DNA of 63,302 nucleotides, counting the filler, from Choristocarpus tenellus KU-1152 (Eukaryota > Protista > Phaeophyceae), in NCBI GenBank assembly GCA_964200185.2. It is 12 parts of 12 records of this genome, joined end to end, with 100 filler letters (N's around TTAATTAATTAA, not from the genome) between each part and the next. Parts side by side here need not be neighbours in the genome. Positions count along the whole stretch, not along the records: positions 38,760 to 42,451 come from CAXNAD020018484.1; positions 42,552 to 51,672 come from CAXNAD020003962.1; 10 more parts are not named here. One strand, 5' to 3'. The position numbers and the translations under genes were made by a program. Every line of letters begins with the position of its first letter. The stretch's first letter is position 1. Under the pieces are notes generated by a model that was not told the origin of the DNA, made no database searches, and saw only the letters and a program-made list of their open reading frames with translations. Positions 38,950-50,820 of this stretch are shown in pieces.

Positions 38950-40540
38950 GTATGGAGGGTATCAATGTACAAGAGACAACCTTCTCGTGGCACATGCTTC
39001 CGAATGCCCCTGGGGGATTTACCACAGCAAGTGGCAGACCAGTCGGAAATAAAAATATAAACTCCCCTGGCCTACACCTGCTGGACGAGGAAGGCATGGA
39101 GGGGGCAGAACTCCCCCCTCCACCATCGACTCTGAGTGATTCTCTCGGGACTAGCTTAGAAGGGAATAGTGTAGTTGCTATCACACCTAATACTCCAGCC
39201 ATTCCAACCACTCCACGTGGAATGTCACCCCATCTGTTGGATCTCCCCTGCTCTCAAGCTCCTTTCCAGACCAGAGTACAGGGACAGCTCCCTGGGCATG
39301 GGGAAGCCGTATCCACCCCTGCGGCCTTTCCAAAAACTATCATCAGTGAATCGAGTGAGAGCACTAGAAGCAGCAATGGTGGAGCTGGTAGTGTGGCGGA
39401 AGCGCTTGACAGGGCTGCAGTGGCAGCAACAGAGGCAACAGTGGCGGTGATCCGAGCGGGTCACCCCAGCGTGAAGAGGAGAGGGATGGTTAGGAGCCAG
39501 GGGAAAAAAATCACAGCGACCAAGGTCCATTCTGTCACCCCCTCCCCCTTAACCGGAGTCAAAACGTCGCTATGCCAATCGCCATTTATAGTTAGGAGAG
39601 TACCGAGCGAGAAAACCCAACAGATATTACAAAGCTCAGAGGTCCGGGGGCAAGGGAAAGAGGCAAATGATCAGAGGGGTACAACTGCAAGTCGTATCAT
39701 AAATAATTCAGTTGGAGGAGCTGCTGATGTGGGAGATGGGAAGGATTGTAGGATGCTATGTGGTGTCGGACCTGTGAGTCCAGGTCTGACATCTGGAGGG
39801 TCAAGGAGTGGAGCCAGAGGTACAGAGAGGGCAAGGGGGATAGGCAAAGGGAGAAGGATAGGCAGAGGAGAAGGTAGAGGAGATGGTGGGACCGAAGCCA
39901 TTTTCTTACCAAGTACACCGCTCCGTTCGAGCGAAGGTGAAGATGAACAGGTGCTACAGTTGAAACCAGTAACTGAGACAGAAGGGAAGTTGACTGGGGC
40001 TGCGGTTGAAAAAGGGATGGGGAAAGAGGCAATAGGAGGGGGAGGGGTATCGGTGGAGGCTGTCAAAGCACCATCAGAAGCACAGCAAATCTTGCCACTG
40101 TTGCCAGTAGACTCAGATGATGGCGGCAGGCAACAACCTCTGCAGGGACAGCAAGAGTTGGCCGGAAGTGAGAAAGGCAACATTGAACAAGGAGTCGTGG
40201 GGCGAAAGAGCCCCAATGAGGAGGGTGTCACAAGACCAGACGAAGGACTGTCAGCAGGGGAGAGGGAAGAACAAAATCTTGGAAGGGATGTTGTAATGGA
40301 ACTTACTCCTCCTGTGACCGGTATCAAAGTGGTCTTTGTGGCACAGGGCAGTCTTGGCATGGGGTTGGGTGAGGATGACGATGAAAATATGATTCTGGAA
40401 GGAAAGGCTCCAACCTGCCCTGCCGCCCATGTCCCCAACGGGTGGCACATTGCCGAAGTGGACGGCAAAGATGTCACTGGTCAAGGAGGTAGGCGTGCGT
40501 ATGTGAGATCATGTGTATCTGCTTAGTATTGTCTCTCTCT

Positions 40541-40583
<43 letters not shown>

Positions 40584-41117
40584 GGAGCAGAAAGAGAATA
40601 ATCTAGTGTGCTGCTGATTTAGCTAGTAGGGACATTAATACCATCCCAACATTGCAGAAACAAGCACTACTGCTTCATCACCCATCTATGTGCCCTACCT
40701 AGCTAAATGTCCCTTCCATTGCACTCATCATCGCCTTGTTTCGATATATATCCTGCTGTGCAATTACTCTCAGGAGAGGTGGTCGCAACCCTGCTACAGG
40801 AGCGCCCCGTGGAAATACATTTCATGCCTCCTGCCACCTACATCGTGCCAGAAAAAGAAAATTACACTTCAAAGTGTGTTCAGGATGATCCCATTACCAA
40901 GGGAGCCCACCAGCCCAGGGCTAAGCCCAGGGCTAAGCCTAGAGCTAAGCCCAAAGCCAAGGGTAAAGGTAAGGCCAAGGTGTTGACACCCCGTGGCAAG
41001 TTCAAGACTCAAAAAGTGAGCCTGCCAGTTGTGGGGAAGGGGAGACGAGAAGAAGACAATGGGGCAACCGATGAGGGTCTAGAGTTACCTGGTGGGGCAC
41101 TTTCAGCAGCAATTTGA
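38950..41117 (+). CDS. 3' exons (approx. 38950-40488, 40774-41117) of a large low-complexity protein with a PDZ-like domain and a Lys/Pro-rich basic tail
   Basis: 541-aa open frame. VVFVAQGSLGMGL...WHIAEVDGKDVTGQG|GEVVATLLQERPVEIHF is PDZ-like across an in-phase intron. The tail has PRAK repeats. Confidence 0.7.
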
Positions 41118-42033
41118 ACATGTTGGGAGTGACGTAATTGTTTGAGGTAGAACGTTTGGGGTGTTGTCATACCCTTGGAGTTCAGAATTTATTCTACTCA
41201 TCAAAAATACTTCTCCAAGTTGAGGGTTGGGTCTACACCCTTGTCATGCATAGAGATTGCTTTGGGCATGATCTGTCCTTGGTAGTTCGTGCCTTGGGGG
41301 GTAAGGTACAATTGTTTGTAGGAAGAGCCTGAAACTCGGCCCTTTTAATGTTTAGGACCTGTGGGGTGGTGGTGTTGTTCCAGTTGGCCATAAGACTTGC
41401 CAAAGAGTTGGTTTAAGTTCGTGAAGACAGGTACAGGAGTATTGACATGCCGATGGGGAATCTTTGAGAGGTGTTTGGTTCTGATCACCCCCACCATGGA
41501 CACTGGTGTTGAAGACGATGTGCGCAACACCATTCAAACATTTTTGTACAGGGGTTACACTTCGTTTTGTACTACTACCAATGTATGGGTACTGATGTAC
41601 TACGTATACTTGGATCCCACTTTGTTTGGTACCATAGTGTGGTTGGACTGCAGTACGTTTGGTACTGCACTCTAGTGCTTTGATCATAATGTGTTTTGTA
41701 TGTACTGGGTGGTAGTACTAGTGTATACCTTGTGCCACAACTTATTTGATACTTTACTCTAGTACCACCATGTGTTTTGATCGCCAATATTGTTATCTGG
41801 TACGGTACTCCAGTACCACTGCGGACCTCAAAGCATATTGGAAGTACACCACTACTGCAACATAATAATCATCACACACACATTTCCACGTGGTGGTTTC
41901 CATGCTTACCAAAAGAGTGACATGCAAGAAGGGTGATGTATGTATTTCCATCTGCTCTACTACAGTACAATAGGTCATACTTATGATGTAGTCCCCTCTC
42001 ACTCCCCCACAGCTTTGTGGTGTCATGATACCT

Positions 42034-42451
42034 GAGTCAAATTATCTTAGAGGGTAGAGCCGCGTCCGTTTGGGGGGCCAAAATCCAATGTTGTGGATTT
42101 TAATGTAATTTTGACTAACGTGCTTGTTAGGAAACGTCAATACCCTTGTTCCCGACACACCTTTTCATAACGTATATATTATACCTACCCTGAAACATTT
42201 CGGAGTAGGTATAATGAGTGAAAGTATCTTAGAGGGTACGAGTTTTGGCCTGTTTGTCCATTTGGGGCTTGGCTTCCGATGTTTTTTTATGACATTTTCC
42301 TACTCCAAAATGTTTAGGAGTAGGCAAAATGTATACACTATGAAAGGTGTGTCCGAAACATAGATATTGATACTTCCTAACAAATACGATAGCCAAATTA
42401 CAACAAAATCGCAACATTGGATTTTGACCGCCAAATGGACGCGGCTCTACC
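42034..42451. mobile_element. Nested MITE family 1 copies: the second starts at 42216 inside the first, in the opposite orientation
   Basis: ACCT|GAGTCAAATTATCTTAGAGGG... is interrupted just after the central palindrome by GAGTGAAAGTATCTTAGAGGG. The contig ends inside the element. Confidence 0.9.
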
Positions 42452-42749
42452 NNNNNNNNNNNNNNNNNNNNNNNNNNNNNNNNNNNNNNNNNNNNTTAAT
42501 TAATTAANNNNNNNNNNNNNNNNNNNNNNNNNNNNNNNNNNNNNNNNNNNNCCCCTCACAAACCACCCCCCCCCCTCCAGATACTTTGACCCACAAACGC
42601 CACACACACCCAGATACTTTGACTCAAAGTAACAGTTGTCGTTAATGTGAAAGATATTTTTCTATCATCTACTTCATAAATACTATTCTGCCACCAGCTA
42701 TGCTAAACCACTGCCCTCCTCTGCCTCCAACCTGAATTAGTTTTGCACC

Positions 42750-43303
42750 TCAGGGTGAGGAGCTAGGGAAGCATCCCAAGAATCTAACAAGTCCTTCCCC
42801 TCTCCCTAGTGTCTCCAGCTTATAATGCATGATACGTCTAGATGGAGCTACTTCTGTTGTGACAGACACTGTATGTCGTAGAATGGGATTAACAGTCCCT
42901 TTCCTGCTGTAGCCTCCTGCCCCTTTCCCCCCCACCGCATGCATAGTCAACTCATCCGGAAAACCTCTGCTTTCTTACTGAGGCGCCCAAAACTTTCCTC
43001 CGTGAAGGTGTTGAGGTTATTCCTACAAGGGTCAAAAGAACTCTCGTAGTGGGTGCACTTTCGCGCCTCAGCTGTAGCAGCAGCTACACCATTGCTGGTG
43101 AATGTGTGAGGCAGGTGGGAAGCTGCTTGTACATCTGTGGACGTAACATCTAGGAGGAAGCCCTTGTCTCGGTAGGGAACTGATCCAGTGTCTGCAAGTG
43201 CCTCAGCATGGAAGACCAGATCCATGCGGAAATTTCGGTCCGCTGTGAATGGACTACCATCCTCCAAAGTGCAAGGGGTGTCAATTCCTTTGCAATATCT
43301 CAT
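42750..43303 (-). mobile_element. 5'-truncated non-LTR retrotransposon with a restriction-like endonuclease (RLE), CRE-like
   Basis: FRMDLVF...LLDVT...AAATAEARKCTHY...FDP...ESFGRL fits the PD-(D/E)xK-type RLE pattern of early-branching LINEs. Confidence 0.75.
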
Positions 43304-44134
43304 CCATTACGCCACAGTGTTTACACAACAGTATATATTTCAAATGAGAAACAAAACTAAGATGTTTAGCCCAAATGGAAAGAGTGAGTACGTTATCTGT
43401 AAAGGTGTCGTAAAATTCGACACCAACATGAAACCAGTCAATGAATGGAGCAGGGTGGAGGGGTTGATGGCGGGAATTGAAGGATCGGTTTTGTGGTTTA
43501 GAATCAGACAAATACGGATGCCGAGTCCTTGTACACAGGCAAGAATGTAACCTCATGTATTGTATGCATTGGCATGTCATTTTGTGGGTGTGCAGGGTTG
43601 GATGCCTGGGAATCAGGTTGAGTTGAAGTTACATAATTTGATCGAGTGAAGGTGTACTTGTATCTGTATTTCCGGAGTATAGTATTGATCTTCATCTTCA
43701 CATGCGCTGTTGGTATAGGGTCTTAGGACTTGGTCATCCTCCCCAGGTACTTGCACAATGTACCGGATGATTGCAGATAGCGGGAAGCAACACTCCAGAA
43801 GTTCGACACTCATTTTTGCACCAGATGCAAGCAAGGGAGCCCTCCACTTGTAAAAACTTCAATACCAAGGAAAGGGTGTGTTTTAAGTGTGAACCAAACA
43901 CGCTCTTGTACAGTGAAGACCACTATCAGCACTATGGAACCATGGCTTGATTAGGAAAAGAACAACGAGATTGCTTAAAGGTGGGCACAAGGAAAAGTGA
44001 AACGAGCTTCAGTCGCATCCTAAATCCCCTTTCTCAAGTAGTTGGAAATGATTCATCGTGCATTGCATGCAGGTTAATTCATCTCACGAGCTGTCTGGAG
44101 CTGGAAGCGTATATGCAAAGACACAGTTCATAGT

Positions 44135-44500
44135 AATTATTTTATTATCATGCCCTTTGACATTTTACAGATGTATCAAGGGAAAAACTAACGAAAACTA
44201 TTTGCATGTCAGTATAAGCCCTAAGTAAAATTTGTCACAAACGTGAAAAACACTAGTCTATTTGTTTTTCACTATCTATGTTGTACCACTGCCTTCCTGT
44301 GCCTCCAATCTACCTATTCCTGCACCCCAGGGTGAGGAGCTAGGGAGGCATCCCAAGAAGCCAAAAAACACCTCCTTCCTTGCCTATCTTCCTGGTGGCT
44401 CCAGCTTATAACGCATGACACGTCTAGACAGTGCCACCTGCGTTGTTACCCGGACTATTTGACTTAGGCGGGATTTGACCGTCCCTTTCCTGCCATAGTA
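44135..44500 (-). mobile_element. Short 3'-end fragment of the RLE LINE family (further copies at 18600-18830 and 53700-54090)
   Basis: Shared GACATTTT(G/A)CAGATGT(A/G)TCA...CCTACTCCTGTGCCCCAGGG block. 44328-44495 aligns to 42751-42910. Confidence 0.75.
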
Positions 44501-45039
44501 ATTATCGTACATATGGACATTTGCCGGAGGCACTTTAATCTCTTGTGCTCCCCCTGTTGATTAGAGTATTGATATCGTGCTAGTGGAATGAAACGATCCC
44601 ATCTTCACATATAACAAATAATAACTGCAAATATTAACCGATGTTTGAAGTAATAGATCCTACTACTAATAGTATAACATTTGAGCTTTTATTCATTTAA
44701 TAAGTTGATAAAAAAATATATATCATGTGCAAAATATCTCTGTATTTAGTAACATTTATGAATCTTGGGGGTTTACCCACTATACCATCATGGTTATATT
44801 TCAATTATACATTAGATTATTGATGCCCAATCAAGTTCGACGAATCGATTATGCAAACAGCACCTTCACCTTATCATTTGTGGTACAGGTTTGAGTTCGT
44901 TGTAGCTTCAAGAGACTAAATGTTACATTAGTGTCAGCCACTCAAACTGGTTGTGTATGGTCCCGTTTGATGAATCATGATGTTGCTAGGTTTCCAACTT
45001 TGGCATACTGATGTGTGGTTATATTTATCCTCTACGATT

Positions 45040-45395
45040 AACAGTATGTTCGTGAGATCAGGAACGGATTATGATTTAAGGAATGAGAAATATTTCGAAA
45101 CCATCCTGCAGGCCGCCAATCAATTTCAGTGTGAAAGCTTTCAAATGGCCAGATTAACAAAAGCATATCTCACTCCACAAGCAACAGCTTACAATTTTTG
45201 GCGATTTGAAAGCTTAATATCGATGAGCTCTCCCTCTTGTGTTCGCAAGCTTTCACTCCAAAAAACCGACGACTTCAAGAATCTGGCCATTTGAAAGCTT
45301 TCACACTGAAATTGATTGGCGGCCTGCAGGATGGTTTCGAAATATTTCTCATTCCTTATCTCATCATCCGTTCCTGATCTCACGAACATACTGTT
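45040..45395. mobile_element. Fold-back element or MITE with ~116-bp near-perfect inverted arms (45040-45155 / 45280-45395)
   Basis: The arms are reverse complements with few mismatches, which gives mirror-image ORFs in the track. Confidence 0.85.
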
Positions 45396-46138
45396 GTTTC
45401 TGTACAATACTTATCATGTACACTCCGGAGTATACATGTAGTATATATATGCATGTAATGAAACGGGTATACATCATGGGGCTATTGAAGAACTCCTAAC
45501 AGCTAAAACAAATTTTTTAACACGATTTGAGGCAGCATCATCTCAGATTTGGGACAAGCCTTATCAATGCAGGTAAGAAACTTCTCAGCGCAATACATAA
45601 TCAAGTTGTAACATAACGATAGAAACAGTGGCAAAATATCTCCGTCTCGTGCATGCAGATGATTTTCTCAACAAATATCATCATTTTAGATATATCCAGG
45701 CAAAGCACCTTTCATCTTCTGTGTAAGCTTACGGGCTCAAATGCTACGAAAGCGAAGCTGGATAAGTTAATATCTTCAAACAAACACTGCGACAGAAAAA
45801 ACAGACATACTTCGAAGTATTGAATTGGTAACAAATATCTAAATTCTACTTCTCCAAAAATGATACTACGTAGTACTACACTTCAAAGTATATACACTTC
45901 ATAAATATAACATGAACTAAAGGAGGGATACAACCAACAACACCCAGCATACAAGGAAAATCGATCTGTTTACTTGTAGTTGAATTTCTTTAAAGTAACA
46001 GCCAGTACATAATATGCAACAACTAGCAAAATACTATGGTGTAATGTAGGCTTGGCAGAAGACCAAATGTATACCTACTGCTGCCCAATATTATTGCACG
46101 TGCTAAACATTTACTCTTCCATTTTCCTTGTAAAGCTA

Positions 46139-46321
46139 GACATAAAGTATCTGGGGGGGGGAGGGAGGTCTACACCAGGGTGTCCATTTGGTCCAAAATC
46201 AGGAAAAGTACATTTATATTATCCATCCGGAGTACTAAACCAAATCATCCAAAACTTGCGACACGAAAAAATTGACCCCAAATGGACAGCCGCCACCTCC
46301 CCCCCCCAGATACTTTGGACC
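46139..46321. mobile_element. MITE family 2 (~160-185 bp; G-tract TIR GGGTCAAAGTATCTGGGGG). Other copies or ends at 1-74, 5821-5842, 9664-9710, 23632-23663, 27450-27601, 35265-35423, 38495-38659, 42552-42625, 51628-51672, 56297-56351
   Basis: Inverted ends AAAGTATCTGGGGGG / CCCCCCAGATACTTTG, with the subterminal GTCCATTTGG motif shared with family 1. Confidence 0.85.
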
Positions 46322-47562
46322 TTAGTGCCACTACCATCAATGCTACTACCAACACCACTACTGCTGCTGCTGCTGCTGCTGTGTTCCCTACATTCCCATC
46401 TACATAACTGCTACCAGTAGCCCAAATTGTATAGAAAATTTAATTTGAAGTTAGAGGCAAACCTCGACCAAAAAAGACAGACGACTTATTTCGACTATCC
46501 CCAAGAAGGTGTGTCTATTTGTTTTTGTCGCCCCTCTAATAATTCCACTTGATGACTTTCACACGTTGCAGGCATCAATGAGCATGGCAGTCAAGTCTCT
46601 CGAGCTACGGTGTCGATATAACGTCAGGGAAAGAGCTCAATACGCGCAATTAAGGACCTGCATGTATGCTCCGACAATTTGATTATAGCTCAAGAGAGCC
46701 TTTACCCCTTCAACTACATGATATTGTGAATCGTGCGATTCTGTGGTGGCGCGGTTCATTTTGGCAAGGCCGGTGGAGAGAATCACCAGGCAAGATGGAC
46801 CAAACCGTTCCAGACAAACCTTAAGTTAGAGGACCAAGTCAAGGCTGAATAAGATGACAAGAAATTAGTAGTGGGGAAGATCACGGGTCCGATGATGTTC
46901 AGAAAAAAAAACCCTTCAGAGATGGGAGATCCGCTTTCGGAAAACATTCTCAAGAAGAGATTTCATGGGAAGTCACTGAAACATATCCTCCCAAAGATAC
47001 TCTGCAGCTGGACCAAAGTCCTTAGAAAATAACCCTTAAACGGTATGTCGGTATATGGCATAGGACACACTGTGTTTGCATAGGTGACACGTAGGTGCCC
47101 AAAAATAGTCTTGAAAAAATCACAGGTCTCACAGACCACACCCAACCCAACAATTGCTTCGAGTCCAACATCCAAACATGTGCATGGCGCTCGCCACGTA
47201 CATTGATTGCTTGTCACCTGGTCCTTCAGTTTCGTCTCCCTGTCTGTAGATGGTTCCTCAATGTACTCGACAAGCCCATTTGCCAATTTTGGTTGTTGTA
47301 GTACCATAAGGATTTAAACATAATTCTTCCTAATAGTATAGCGTATGATGTATCTTACCCACACGGCCTTATGTGAAGGGTCATGCGCTCGACCCCCAGT
47401 GCTGGCCATTTCCCTCTTGCTCTTATGTTTAGTAGTAAGGTTTATTGTGGATTTTGTCCCTCACAAAACAATAGTATAGCGAGCAGCGCACGATTGTACA
47501 ACGCGCACAGAGAGTCCTTGTTGTTTAACACAACTCCACAATCAACGTAATATCTGCAAGTG

Positions 47563-49421
47563 ATGGAACCTTCTCGATACGCCCAAGTGCGTGATGGCGA
47601 ACCAGGGCAGGTACAAGGTACTAGGATTGATAGCATGTCAATCACAGCTCCCCTGGTCTTTCAGTGCGCAAAGTGCAGACAGGTAGTGGGAGACAGCTGG
47701 TCATTCGTCTCCAGCAACGAGGAGACCAAGTCCATAACGCTACGAGGTACACTTCTTGGGTGAAGACAGCGTAGACAAGCAGGAAAATTGACAAGCATCT
47801 TGCTTTTGCTTGTTGAGTCTCATTTTGCAATAGTTGCACCACCCATCCTCCTTGCCAATTAACCGCCTGTGTTTTCAAGGTGCTTCAAACATAACCAAAG
47901 CCAAGAAACACACAACATCCAAGGCCGATGACGATCTTGGTAGCACATTTGCTCAGCTCTCATGTCGTCAGTGCCAGGTTTGTCTCTCCTCAATAGTGCA
48001 GTAGCCTCCATGCGTTCTTAAAGAGGGAAGTTGAGCCTGCGACAAGAAAACCGGCTCGCAGGTCAAGAGAAGGTCTGGATCCCACTTCCATTAAAATCCA
48101 TCAACTTAGGTATGGACATTGACCACCTCAAAAGCTAAGCCCCTCTTGCCGACCGTTTGGCTTCTGTTGACATGACATACGCCCACCCTAATTTTATCCT
48201 CACAAGACCAACATTGGAAGGTGCTACTTGACCACACCCCGGCATCTCGACCACCAAAGGGACCTTCTTACTTTTTACACTGATAATCTATGCAGCTATC
48301 AGCTAGGACAGTATGATATCGCCTCCTCAGTGCCAATGACAGATATAGAGGCCCATGCCCCACGGTCAAATGGAGGAGAACATGGCAGAGCTAGTCCCAC
48401 AACTATGGGAGTTGATGGTGGGGACAAAGTTGCAGATCATTTGGGGTACGAGAACTTGCAGGATATTTTGAAGGTGAGCACGAATCACAACAATGCCAAT
48501 CAGGTTTTCTAATCACTTTTCTAAGGATAAGTATGTACTGAGCCTGAACAGGTGCTGAAATTACAATAAACCAACACCATGCAATGCCACCAGGCAGGAA
48601 TATGTAACAATCTGATAGAACGTCTAGGCATGGAACATGTGTAGAACACGGCCCACCGCCTGCTAATGACTGTGTGATAGTTGTTATGATTACTAACTCA
48701 AAGCAAGCAGCACAGGGGATAGAACAGCTATCTTTGGCTCAGCGATCTACATAGGCCATGCCGTTTCCCTTGAGTTGTGGAAGCCACTGTCAAGGCAAAC
48801 AGCACAGGGGATAGAAAGCCACCTTTGCCCCAGTGATGCATGCACATAGGCCATGCCATCTTCCTTTGTTTGTGGAGGCCACTCTCGCCCCTAGAAGGGG
48901 TACCCAACTCCCTGACAATTGGCATGCCACTTGTTTTGTTATCAGATCAAAGCTATCATCCTAACCCTGCATGAGCGAGTTGCTCATCTGGAGGGACTGA
49001 ATCATGTCAAGCTCGTGACGAGCACCCCTTCGCAGAGTGGTGTTCAAGAGGGGGAGACAGACAGACTAAGTGGCCAGAAACGAAAAGGTGCACGGTGTTG
49101 TCTCACCCCTCACGACTCATTCTTGTCGTTGGTTGCTTCTGCTGCAGAACACTATCTGAAAAACTGAGCCCGTTAGCAGGTTCCTCGACACCCGCCCCTC
49201 CCATTTTGACACTTTTTTTTGTTCAGGATAATTAGATCATGTTGACTGCTTATGCCCATGGTTCAGTGTGATTGTGTCTGCTGATAATTTTTTCTTCTTA
49301 TTTTCCAGTTGAAGCGTCAAGCGCTGACTGTGTCCTGCATGCCGTGAATGATGATGATACCTTTACTCCAAAAAGGAACTCACACAAAGCTATGATGGAA
49401 GAGAATTCCTACAAGAGTTGA
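47563..49421 (+). CDS. MIS18: Mis18 (Yippee-Mis18 domain plus C-terminal helix), exons 47563-47746, 47880-47977, 48207-48473, 48946-49087, 49309-49421
   Basis: PLVFQCAKCRQVVGDS...GSTFAQLSCRQCQ|TNIGRCYLTTPRHLDHQRDLLTF...SYQLG has two CxxC pairs, followed by the coiled-coil LKIKAIILTLHERVAHLE. GT-AG introns are in phase. Confidence 0.85.
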
Positions 49422-50774
49422 ACACTCTCCTTGCCTTGCTCTGCACCTCATAATGAGTGAGGAGAAATTGTGCTACTGTGGTATGCAAAATACCACTCTA
49501 CAGCATAGGGCACAGGAAATGGTGTTTGGCAAACCCAGCTTTCGGGCTTGTTTTGAAACAGTTTTCCTGATTTTTTTTCTTTTCTACAATCAGTATTTGA
49601 ACGCACATTGAGCCTTATAGTTTGGAATTGGAAATTGTAGTCGAAACAATTATGATATCAAACGTAAATGAAGGCGCTAACTTTAGCTCTGCCCTTGCAG
49701 GACAAAGGGAATCAGCAGCCAAGACCAGCAGGCGCAGGTGATTAGATAGTGATCCGGATATGATCTTAAGTGTACTGACCAAGCTCTAGTGCTGCATTGG
49801 AGAGGCGGGAGGGATATGATGGCTAAGTTGGACTTTGCCAGCTGAGTTTTTGTGTTTTGCATTCTACTGTCCATCTGTATGCTCAACATAGTTTGTTCAG
49901 TAGCCTTGTCCATACCTCCTGCTTGTAGCTTAGCTGATCAAGTCGTTTGTTCTTAATTGTCACTAGCTCTAGGGGCACCACCATGCATGGAGCATATCAC
50001 ACTATGAATGAGTAGCGCTCAACGCTAATGTTACTCTGTAGTGCTCAGAGCTCATTTCCTCTTTAGTGTATTTTGTCTTTTGTCCAGGGCCGATATTGGT
50101 TACGTATGTGGACCCCAGGACCAAACTCCTGTATAGTATTCCACCCCGCCAGCATGCAGCAACTTGGATTCGTTTGGAGATGGAAGTTCTAGGTACTCTG
50201 TAGGTAGAACACACAACACAGGACATTGCACATACATCACAGGTGATGTAGAGCACCATTCACACCCACTCACCATGTTGAGAGCCAGAAGTAGTTAACT
50301 AGATTCTCCCTTAAAATGTGTGTGGGAGTAGTTTGGCTACTGCTGATGGGGTGTTAGAACTCATGTTCAGAGGGCATGTGTCACAGGTATCACATATGGA
50401 GATTGAGTCTTCCAAGTTATAGTGGGACTTGGGTTCGTTCCTAACAAAGACGTCAGGTGACAGGTCACGGGGCGAGATTTCTCAAGCACTGGGCAAGCAG
50501 ACAAGGGTGTTTCAGTCGGCCTCAACTGCTTGGAATGCCTTCCCGTATTTGTGGAAACCTTTGTATATATTTTACATTCTACATCACGTTATTTAGTCCA
50601 CTCCACAAGGCCAAGCATACAAACCAACACTGTACACCAGGGCAACAAACCAACCACAAACCTGTAAACTGCAAGCTAGCAACCTTCAGAATCATGAGGC
50701 GGCAATGATTCAGCACACTCATCATTTTCTGACAGCATCATTGGTGTGAAACAGTGTGCGTCACCAAAGCCAGG

Positions 50775-50820
50775 TCCACCTGCGCAAGGAGTTCACTCAG
50801 TTCTTGGGCATCACACCTGG
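50775..50820 (-). CDS. Possible isolated terminal exon (CDAQELSELLAQVDLALVTHTVSHQ*, extending to approx. 50743)
   Basis: A ttgaccag acceptor followed by a protein-like amphipathic peptide. No upstream exon was confidently identified. Confidence 0.25.

Noticed and set aside
39671-40477. 268-aa minus-strand ORF (likewise 59947-60585 and 27957-28586)
   Set aside because: These are antisense shadows of real plus-strand exons.
41560-41860. GTAC-rich quasi-periodic stretch
   Set aside because: It looks like decayed low-complexity sequence with no definable unit.
44977-45407. Two opposite-strand ORFs sharing the peptide NSMFVRSGTD...FQMAR as paralogous genes
   Set aside because: They are a by-product of the inverted repeat.
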